From: Verrucomicrobiota bacterium
GTDB lineage: Bacteria > Verrucomicrobiota > Verrucomicrobiia > Limisphaerales > UBA1096
Direction: 5' to 3'
Length of the DNA stretch: 42,837 nt
Assembly (NCBI GenBank): GCA_003972865.1
Contig: QOAX01000292.1
Location: forward strand, 1-42,837
Shown here: positions 31,044 to 38,443 of the stretch, piece after piece
Numbering within the stretch: position 1 is the stretch's first letter
Layout of the letters: each line of letters starts with the position of its first letter
Translations under genes and position numbers: made by a program
Notes under the pieces: model-generated
The model's input: only the letters and a program-made list of their open reading frames with translations
Told to the model about the DNA's origin: nothing
The model's database searches: none

Positions 31044-32016
31044 GGTACTGCTGTAAGGATTTGCTCGAGGTCATGGTTGCGATCAACCGGTCGTTCAACT
31101 CGCGGGCGGGGTTGTACCCGGCGGCGCTCAGCTTCGCGTTGAGAGCGGCCACCTCGATCAACCGGGCCAGGTTGCGCCCGGGCCGGACCGGGATGCTCAC
31201 GTGCCTCACGTTGATGCCGAGGATTTTCATGTAATCCTCATCCATCCCCAGGCGGTCGATGTTTTTGACCTCCTTCCACGCCTTGAGGGTGACCACCAAG
31301 TCCAGGCGCTTCTCGGTGCGGATGCACTTCGCGCCAAACATCGCCGCGACGTTGATGATCCCGATGCCGCGAACCTCCATGTGGTAGCGGGACAACTCGG
31401 AGCTGGTGCCGATGATTTCCCGGCCGTCCAGCAGGGTCACCTTGGTGATGTCGTCCGAAACCAGGCTGTACCCCCGCTCGATCAACTCGAGCACCGATTC
31501 GCTTTTGCCAATACCGCTTTCGCCGCGAATGAGCACCCCGATCCCGTGAATGTCCACCATGCTCCCCATGATGGTGTCCTGCGGCGCGAACAGCAGGTCC
31601 AGCTCGATCGTGGCCACGTTCACGAACCGCATGGTCACCATCGGGGTCTGGAGAATGGGCACACCGACCTCGTTGGCAATCGATTTCAGTTCCCGGTCGA
31701 TCGGCAGGTTCCGCGTGAACACAATGCAGGGAATCTTGTATGAGCAAAGCTTCTTGTAGCTCTTGACGCGTTCCCGCATCGGCAGCGACTTGAGATAGTA
31801 CGCCTCCGCATTGCCGATCACCTGGATGCGCTTGTAGGCGATGTACTTGGTGAAGCCGGCCAGGGCCAGGCTCGGGCGGTTGACCGTCGGCTCGATGATC
31901 GTCCGGCCCAATCCACTTTCCCCGGCGATCAACTTCAACTTCAGATGCTCAGCCTGCTCCCTGAAGAACCGTTCGGTCGTGATCTTCTCGTGCTTCGGTT
32001 TTTTCTTCGTCGCCAT
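31033..32016 (-). CDS. hprK: HPr kinase/phosphorylase
   Basis: P-loop GVLIRGESGIGKSE, followed by LVSDD and HMEVRGIGIINV, the HprK signature. Preferred start is ATG 32016 (MATKKKPKHE...), 1 nt after the lptB stop. Confidence 0.9.
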   Translation of the reverse strand: MATKKKPKHEKITTERFFREQAEHLKLKLIAGESGLGRTIIEPTVNRPSLALAGFTKYIAYKRIQVIGNAEAYYLKSLPMRERVKSYKKLCSYKIPCIVFTRNLPIDRELKSIANEVGVPILQTPMVTMRFVNVATIELDLLFAPQDTIMGSMVDIHGIGVLIRGESGIGKSESVLELIERGYSLVSDDITKVTLLDGREIIGTSSELSRYHMEVRGIGIINVAAMFGAKCIRTEKRLDLVVTLKAWKEVKNIDRLGMDEDYMKILGINVRHVSIPVRPGRNLARLIEVAALNAKLSAAGYNPARELNDRLIATMTSSKSLQQYHGG

Positions 32017-32017
32017 G

Positions 32018-32740
32018 CTATAAATTAAACTCGGGGCCAAGGTAGACCTCCCGCGCGGTGGGATCGTTCACGAGAAACTCCGCCTCGCCCTCGCACCGCA
32101 CGTCCCCCTTGTGAATGATATAGGCGCGGTCCACTAGCTTGAGCGTCTCGCGAACGTTGTGGTCGGTGATGAGGATGCCCATCCGCCGCTCCCTGAGCTT
32201 GCGCAAAATCTTCTGCACCTCGTAAACCGCGATCGGGTCGATCCCGCTGAACGGCTCGTCGAGCAACAGCATCCTCGGGCTGGTCACCAACGCCCGGGTG
32301 ATCTCGAGCCGCCGCTTCTCGCCGCCGCTCAGCGTGTACGCCTTGCTCCTGGCCAGGGCGGTCATGTCGAGTTCCTCAAGCAGCGACTTGAGCCGGGCCT
32401 TCTGCTCCAGCTTGTCGGACGTGCAGGTCTCGAGGATCGCCAAGATATTTTGCTCCACCGTCAACTTGCGAAATACCGACGGCTCCTGCGTCAGGTAGCC
32501 GATGCCCCGCCGCGCCCGCTGGTGCATGGGCAGATTGCCGATCGACTTGCCCTCGAACACCACCTCGCCCTCGTCCGGCTTCACCAGCCCAACGATCATG
32601 TTGAACGAAGTCGTCTTGCCCGCGCCGTTCGGACCCAGCAGGCCGACGATCTCCCCCGGCGACACGGAGAACGTCACGCCGTTGACCACGCGCCGTTTTT
32701 TGTACGCCTTGGCCAAGCCCTTCGCCTCGAGCAAACTCAT
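32018..32740 (-). CDS. lptB: LPS export ABC transporter ATP-binding protein
   Basis: Start moved to ATG 32740 (MSLLEAKGLAKAYKKRRVVNGVTFSV). Walker A GPNGAGKTT, signature LSGGEKRRLEI, Walker B LLLDEPF. ATGA overlap with the upstream LptA-like gene. Confidence 0.9.
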   Translation of the reverse strand: MSLLEAKGLAKAYKKRRVVNGVTFSVSPGEIVGLLGPNGAGKTTSFNMIVGLVKPDEGEVVFEGKSIGNLPMHQRARRGIGYLTQEPSVFRKLTVEQNILAILETCTSDKLEQKARLKSLLEELDMTALARSKAYTLSGGEKRRLEITRALVTSPRMLLLDEPFSGIDPIAVYEVQKILRKLRERRMGILITDHNVRETLKLVDRAYIIHKGDVRCEGEAEFLVNDPTAREVYLGPEFNL

Positions 32741-34728
32741 GGCATCCCTTTTTTCATTTCGTCCTGTTTTTTTCGCCCGCGCATTTTTGCGATCGTTTTC
32801 GGGTTCAGCGTCATCTTCCAGCGGCCGGTGGCCTTGAGACGCTTGGTTTGCGGGTTGTACACAACCTCCCTGCCGCGCAACACGCCCTCGGGCGTCTTCA
32901 GCACCGGGTCGCCTGTCAGGCGCAACAACCCCGTACCAAGGTTGTAAATCGCCGCTTGGCCAAGCGCAACCACCTCCGAACCCTCCCGCCACGTGCGGAT
33001 CTCCACGCTTGGCCTGCCGGTCAACCGCATCGTCTGATCAAGCCTGGTATAAACCAACCGGTCGCCCACGTACCGCATTGCGTTTTCGCCGGTTGTCGAG
33101 ACGTCCACGTCGCCAGCCGCATCCAGCGAAACTAAGCCAGCCTCGCTCGGGTCGATCTCCGTCGCCACGCGCCGCGCCTGAACCCGCAACCCTTCGTCGC
33201 CGGTTAACACCACATTGCCGGTGAAGATCGCCGAGTCGAGCCCCGTGCCGCCAACCGCCTGCCGATACTCGAACGAGTCGCAAACGACCAAAAGAGGCTC
33301 ACCGCTTGGTTCTGTTTTTGCCGCCTCGCCGCTGTCGGCAGGCAACAGAAACCGTCCGTCGCCCTTGGGCCGGGGCAACTGCATCTTCACCCCCCCGCTC
33401 GCCCGGAAAACGCCATCGACCGGTGACAATTCGACCGAGCGCGCCTGGCCGCTTTGCGTGCCCAGTTTCCACTTTGGCTCACCCTGGAACTGAATTCTCT
33501 TTTGCACCATGTCGTAAGTGGCCGTCTGCGCCGTGAGTTGATCCTCCCCTTGCTCAAGCTTGACGCCGACTGCGGCATTAACCGATTCCACAACTCCACC
33601 GGTGCCCTTGGCCAAGTGCACGTTCAAAAAACTGCATCGCAGCCGGCCTTCTCCGCGAGCCAGGCGAACCGCGCCGATGTACCGCGCAAAGCCGGTTTTC
33701 CCCGGGGTCGCAGACTGGAACAAAAAAATATTGGAGCGGATTTCGAGCGGCCGGCCATCGCCGCCGCTCGCCGTCTCGTCTCTCAACGCATTAAAATCAA
33801 GGAATCCCCCCTCGCCCTCGGAGTCTGCCGGGAGTTTCATGTAAACATCCCCCTCGGCGTTCACGGATTGTGTCTCACGATGAACCATCAGCAGGTTGGC
33901 GCGGCCGGATCGCTCGCCCATCGTCCAGCTTGGGTTTCCCTTGAGCACAATCAAACCAGCAGCCAGGTCATAGTCGGCCTGCTCACTGGTGGTTTTGATT
34001 TGTTCGGATTGCAGCACCACACTGCCGATTGCCCGGATCGTTTGCACCCCCCAGTCGTCCTCTCCCAGGCCAGCCGCGATGGAGTCGCTTCCCAGCGTGC
34101 CTTCGGCATCGATCACCGAAACGGAACCGCGAAAAACCGCCCGGCCAGGCTCGAGTTCAAATTGGCGCGAGGTGATTCGAAGCAGCTCCGTCTCGGCGCT
34201 GGGTGTGTCCGTCTTTTTCTGCGCTTGGCCAAGCGGCAGGCGGCTGAAGTTTTTGTCCAGCTTGGCCTCGACGCTGCCAAACACGCTCAGCGTCGGCCCG
34301 GCCAGGTTCCCGGAAAAACCGACGCCCTTGAGCTGCATCTGGCCATCGCCCGTGGAGAGCGATAGTTCGCCGGGCGAGCGGATCGTTTTTTTGTCCTGAT
34401 CGTAGAGGCACTCGCTGGCGGTGAAGACGAGATTGGTTTTCCCATCGGCAGTGACGGTGACCAGACGCGGGTCGCTCAACGCCAACGTGCCGTCCGCCTG
34501 AAAAACCGCCTCGCTGCCGGTGAGGATGGAGATTCGGAGACTGTCAGCCGATTTTTCCGCAATGCGGAACCGCCCGGTACTCGCCGCCGCCTGGCCAAGC
34601 GCCTGGCTTGGCTTGGCGGCCAAAAGACACGCCGCAAAAACCGGGATCATCCATTGCGCCTTCGTCAACACAACTGCGGCGAGTGTGAAATCGGCGCGCG
34701 GGCTTGCAAAGGTTTTACTGCGCTCCAT
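32737..34728 (-). CDS. large periplasmic OstA/LptA-like repeat protein
   Basis: 663 aa and beta-rich, with recurring OstA-type motifs (ADYDLAAGLIVLKGNPSW, ATYDMVQKRIQFQGEPKW, AAIYNLGTGLLRLTGDPVL). Sits immediately upstream of and coupled to lptB. A signal-peptide-like start is at ATG 34650 (MIPVFAACLLAAKPSQALG). Confidence 0.7.
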   Translation of the reverse strand: MERSKTFASPRADFTLAAVVLTKAQWMIPVFAACLLAAKPSQALGQAAASTGRFRIAEKSADSLRISILTGSEAVFQADGTLALSDPRLVTVTADGKTNLVFTASECLYDQDKKTIRSPGELSLSTGDGQMQLKGVGFSGNLAGPTLSVFGSVEAKLDKNFSRLPLGQAQKKTDTPSAETELLRITSRQFELEPGRAVFRGSVSVIDAEGTLGSDSIAAGLGEDDWGVQTIRAIGSVVLQSEQIKTTSEQADYDLAAGLIVLKGNPSWTMGERSGRANLLMVHRETQSVNAEGDVYMKLPADSEGEGGFLDFNALRDETASGGDGRPLEIRSNIFLFQSATPGKTGFARYIGAVRLARGEGRLRCSFLNVHLAKGTGGVVESVNAAVGVKLEQGEDQLTAQTATYDMVQKRIQFQGEPKWKLGTQSGQARSVELSPVDGVFRASGGVKMQLPRPKGDGRFLLPADSGEAAKTEPSGEPLLVVCDSFEYRQAVGGTGLDSAIFTGNVVLTGDEGLRVQARRVATEIDPSEAGLVSLDAAGDVDVSTTGENAMRYVGDRLVYTRLDQTMRLTGRPSVEIRTWREGSEVVALGQAAIYNLGTGLLRLTGDPVLKTPEGVLRGREVVYNPQTKRLKATGRWKMTLNPKTIAKMRGRKKQDEMKKGMP

Positions 34729-34737
34729 CGAAAAAAC

Positions 34738-35625
34738 TCAGGCCTTGGGCGGCAACTGAAACTCGTCCGCATGGTACGAGCTGCGCACCATCGGGCCGCT
34801 GGCCACGTGCAGGAAGCCCATCTCCCGCGCCTTGGCCCCGTACTCGTCGAACTGCCCCGGTGTCAAGTACTCGGCCACCGGCAAATGGCAGAGGCTCGGC
34901 TGCAGGTATTGGCCCAGCGTGAGAATGTCACACTTGGCCAGGCGCAGGTCAGCCATCGCCTCGAGTAGCTCCGCCTCTGTCTCGCCGAGGCCAAGCATCA
35001 AGCCGGACTTGGTGTGAATCACATCGGCGCCCCGCTCCTTGGCCTTGCGCAGCACTGTGAGCGAGCGCTCGTACTGGGCCCGAGAACGAACGCTCGGCGT
35101 GAGCCGCCGCACCGTCTCGAGGTTGTGATTGAAAATCTCCGGCCTGGCATCGAGCACCATTTGCAGCGAATCGGCCTTGTCGAGGAAGTCCGGCACGAGC
35201 ACCTCGATGACGATGCCGCGATTCCGGCGGCGAACCGCCTCGATGGTCGCCCGAAAATGGGCAGCCCCACCGTCGGTGAGATCATCCCGGGCGACGGCGG
35301 TGATCACGACGTGCCCGAGCTTCATCCGGAATGTCGCCTCGGCGACCCGCTCCGGTTCGTCGCCCTGAAGCGGCAGCGGCTTGGCGGTGTTCACCGCGCA
35401 AAAACCGCAGGCGCGCGTGCAGCGGTCGCCGGCGATCATGAACGTCGCCGTGCCCTTGCTCCAGCACTCCCAGTGGTTCGGGCACTTGGCGCTCTCGCAA
35501 ACCGTGTGCAGGTTCAACTCGCCAAGCAAACTGCGCGTGCGCGTGAAAGCGCTGCTGCTTGGCAGCTTCAGCCGGAGCCATTCGGGAATGCGTTTGCGTT
35601 TTTGAATCGTTACCGTGTCGGGCAT
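34738..35625 (-). CDS. lipA: lipoyl synthase
   Basis: 295 aa. CESAKCPNHWEC (auxiliary cluster) and CTRACGFCAV (radical-SAM CxxxCxxC) plus the C-terminal RSSY are canonical LipA. Confidence 0.95.
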   Translation of the reverse strand: MPDTVTIQKRKRIPEWLRLKLPSSSAFTRTRSLLGELNLHTVCESAKCPNHWECWSKGTATFMIAGDRCTRACGFCAVNTAKPLPLQGDEPERVAEATFRMKLGHVVITAVARDDLTDGGAAHFRATIEAVRRRNRGIVIEVLVPDFLDKADSLQMVLDARPEIFNHNLETVRRLTPSVRSRAQYERSLTVLRKAKERGADVIHTKSGLMLGLGETEAELLEAMADLRLAKCDILTLGQYLQPSLCHLPVAEYLTPGQFDEYGAKAREMGFLHVASGPMVRSSYHADEFQLPPKA

Positions 35626-35639
35626 GCCTTACTGAATCG

Positions 35640-35888
35640 TCAACCAAGTTCCTCCCAAAACCGGGCAAGCTCGGGAGCCCCGAAGTCGGCCAGCATCTCT
35701 CCGTCGACCTCGATCACAGGGGCGCTGCTCTGGCCGCTCAGCCGCACCATCTCGTCCCAAGCGGCGCGGTCGGACGTCACGTCGAGCGCGTTGTATTTGA
35801 TCTTGTTGCGGTCAAGCCACTCCATTGCCTCAGCGCACCAGCCGCAGAACGGCTTGATGAAAAGTCGGACAGTCGTGGATTGGTACAT
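35640..35888 (-). CDS. glutaredoxin/NrdH-like thioredoxin-fold protein
   Basis: Preferred start ATG 35888 (MYQSTTVRLFIKPFCGWCAEAMEWL). CGWC active site, then APVIEVDGEML, typical of the small Grx fold. 14 nt upstream of lipA. Confidence 0.75.
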   Translation of the reverse strand: MYQSTTVRLFIKPFCGWCAEAMEWLDRNKIKYNALDVTSDRAAWDEMVRLSGQSSAPVIEVDGEMLADFGAPELARFWEELG

Positions 35889-35983
35889 CACCTTGGCCTT
35901 GGCCAAGCGCACTTTGCGGCCAAAGCCAAGCCAGCGCAATATCATGCGTCACTCACCTCTGTGATGAGGGTGGCATCCATCGG

Positions 35984-37534
35984 TTACAGGGTTGGGCCGA
36001 GCATCCACGGGGCGAACTCCTCGTCGCCCATGCCGGCAAGTTCGCTCTTGGTTTTTTCGCCGCCGGCCACGGCGAGAATCTTGTCGTAAACCCGCCGGCC
36101 GACCTCCCCGACCGTCTCGGTGCCGTCGAGAATTGTGCCGGCGTTTATATCCATGTCCTCCTCCATCCAGTTGTACATCGGGGAGTTGGTGGCGACCTTG
36201 ATGCACGGGGAAGGTTTGCAGCCGTACACGCTACCGCGGCCGGTGGTGAACACGCCGACGTTGCAACCGCCGCTGACCAGACCGGTCATGCTCACCGGGT
36301 CGTTGCCGGGCGTGTCCATGAAGCACAAGCCCTTGGCCTCGATGGGCTCGGCGTAGTCGTAGACGGCAGCCAACGGCGCCTGGCCCGCCTTGGCAATCGC
36401 GCCGAGGCTTTTCTCGAAAATCGTGGTCAGGCCGCCGTCCTTGTTTCCCGGCGAGGGGTTGTTGTCTATCGTCGAGCCGAACAACGCCGTGTGCTCCTCC
36501 CACCAGCGGATTTTCGAAACGAGTTTCTCGCCGACTTCGCGTGTCACAGCACGGCGGGTGAGCAGATGTTCCGCGCCGTAAATCTCGGTGGTCTCGCCAA
36601 AGACGGAAGCAGCACCCTGCCGTACGAGTTCGTCGGAGGCGACGCCCAGCGCTGGGTTGGCCGAGATGCCGCTGTTGGCATCGGAGCCGCCGCAGTTCAT
36701 CGCCATGGCGAGTTTGGAAACCGGTTGTGTCGTCCGCTGCAGTGCGTTGACATCAGGCAGCATTTTCTCAACTGCCTTGACCGCCGACTCGACGGTTTTT
36801 CGGACACCTCCGGTTTGTTGAATGGTCAGGAACGTGGGAGCCTGTTCGCCATCCTGCAACTGGTCGAGGTGGTGCTTCTCGACCAAGCCGGGAACCTGAT
36901 TGACCTCGCAACCCAGCCCGACCAACACATAACCGCCGATGTTTGGATGGCGCGCCATTCCCGCAATGACACGCTGCAACACCTCGTGGCCGTGGTTCGG
37001 GTCGTAGCTGCACCCGCCCTTGTGCGTAAAGGCAACCACACCATCGACATTGGCAAAATCACTTTGGAAGTCACTGGATCGAAAGTGGTCTGCCACATAT
37101 CGAGCGACTGATGCGGAGCAGTTCACGCTCGAAATAACGGCGATATAATTGCGCGTTCCGGCTTTGCCCCCAGGCCGCGCGAAGCCAGAAAAAGTATCCT
37201 TATCTCTCTCCAGCGGAGACGGTTTGACTATTTCTTCGCAAAAACCGTAATCCCTGCCAACCGCTCTCAGTTCAACATTGTGGGTGTGTACCCAGTCCCC
37301 GGGCTCGATGGCGGTCTTCGCAAAGCCGATGATTTGGCCATACTTCACCAACTGCTCGCCTGCGTTGATCGACAGCAAGGCAACCTTGTGCCCTCCAGGA
37401 ATGGTTTGTCTCAACTTAACGCGACTATCACCCACAACCACCGAAGCACCTTTTTTCAATGTACGACGCGCAGTGGCGACATTGTCGTGCTGATGAAGAA
37501 TGATGAAGTCTGAAGCAATGTCGGTCACGGACAC
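35984..37534 (-). CDS. UxaA-family sugar-acid dehydratase (altronate/galactarate dehydratase-like) with N-terminal SAF domain
   Basis: 516 aa. SAF-like N-terminus (HQHDNVATARRTLKKGA...GHKVAL). GTRNYIAVISSVNCSA, GCEVNQ and CGGSDANSG are typical of UxaA/GarD enzymes. Confidence 0.9.
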   Translation of the reverse strand: MSVTDIASDFIILHQHDNVATARRTLKKGASVVVGDSRVKLRQTIPGGHKVALLSINAGEQLVKYGQIIGFAKTAIEPGDWVHTHNVELRAVGRDYGFCEEIVKPSPLERDKDTFSGFARPGGKAGTRNYIAVISSVNCSASVARYVADHFRSSDFQSDFANVDGVVAFTHKGGCSYDPNHGHEVLQRVIAGMARHPNIGGYVLVGLGCEVNQVPGLVEKHHLDQLQDGEQAPTFLTIQQTGGVRKTVESAVKAVEKMLPDVNALQRTTQPVSKLAMAMNCGGSDANSGISANPALGVASDELVRQGAASVFGETTEIYGAEHLLTRRAVTREVGEKLVSKIRWWEEHTALFGSTIDNNPSPGNKDGGLTTIFEKSLGAIAKAGQAPLAAVYDYAEPIEAKGLCFMDTPGNDPVSMTGLVSGGCNVGVFTTGRGSVYGCKPSPCIKVATNSPMYNWMEEDMDINAGTILDGTETVGEVGRRVYDKILAVAGGEKTKSELAGMGDEEFAPWMLGPTL

Positions 37535-37554
37535 GCCGAACAGTTAGCACAAAA

Positions 37555-37578
37555 AAAGCCCGCCGTTAAGCGGGCTTT
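37555..37578 (-). terminator. intrinsic terminator of gene 37604..38263
   Basis: 9-bp stem aaagcccgc / gcgggcttt with a 6-nt loop. The minus-sense RNA continues into a U-rich tract (plus-strand aaaaaaa 37551..37557, partly shared with the stem). Lies 26 nt downstream of the stop at 37604. Confidence 0.8.
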
Positions 37579-37603
37579 CCAAAATCCATATTAAAGGAAT
37601 CGA

Positions 37604-38263
37604 TCAGGGAGCGTTGTAACGCGCAGGATCGAGACCCGCAGTCGCGGAAACAGGCGTCGGGGCAGTACTTGGGAATACATCCGTTCCAACCACAGACCCA
37701 TCAGCACCTAGGGCCGAAATCGGAGAATTCACCGTAGTGATGACGCCCTTCGAATCAGAACCGCCCCCGGCGAGCACCGCCTGGTTTACTGTCCTGAACA
37801 GGGACGGCACTGCCGCCACAACTGAATTGTAAACCATCTGATGCTTCTTAACATTGGTGACCTTCAGGATCGCGATCGTGATCTTATCGATCTTCGCAGG
37901 AGCAGCCTTCGCAGCAGCCCTGGCAATATCTCTCGTGTACTGCGGGGTCAGCTTGACTGCCTCCGCTGCGATGTCTGCCGCCGCATCGGGCACCAGACTG
38001 CAGATGAAACTTACCACTGAAACGCAAACGGCTGGCTTCCTGGCAACAGCAACCCGCAGAACCTCCATCGCGGTCTCGGCCTTATCGACCTTCTTCGCCT
38101 TCGCCACCAACATGTTGGCAATGTACGGCATCTCAGCACCGGGTGCTTTTTCAAAGGCCGCCCTGATTACCTTTTTGTCCACAGCAGCTGAAGTGGATGC
38201 TATTGATCCCAAGAAAGTAACCGATATTGCTAAGCCGACAATTAACCGTGTGTTCTTTTTCAT
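37604..38263 (-). CDS. hypothetical secreted alanine-rich protein
   Basis: 219 aa. Signal peptide MKKNTRLIVGLAISVTFLGSIASTSA. Ala/Lys-rich helical body and Gly/Ser/Thr/Pro-rich tail. No family recognised. Own terminator, lower GC. Confidence 0.7.
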   Translation of the reverse strand: MKKNTRLIVGLAISVTFLGSIASTSAAVDKKVIRAAFEKAPGAEMPYIANMLVAKAKKVDKAETAMEVLRVAVARKPAVCVSVVSFICSLVPDAAADIAAEAVKLTPQYTRDIARAAAKAAPAKIDKITIAILKVTNVKKHQMVYNSVVAAVPSLFRTVNQAVLAGGGSDSKGVITTVNSPISALGADGSVVGTDVFPSTAPTPVSATAGLDPARYNAP

Positions 38264-38443
38264 ATTTGTATTGCTAGGGTCTTTACCGTAACCGGTTCGG
38301 GGAGTCTCGGCAGTGATTCGGAGAGTGTCAACCTGAAAAATAGATCTTTTTTCATTTTTATTTCCAACGAAAAAACAGCCGATTTGCCCTTGTAATACAT
38401 TAAAACTGCCCCATATTGGCGGTCTAGTAACCTAACAGAAACC

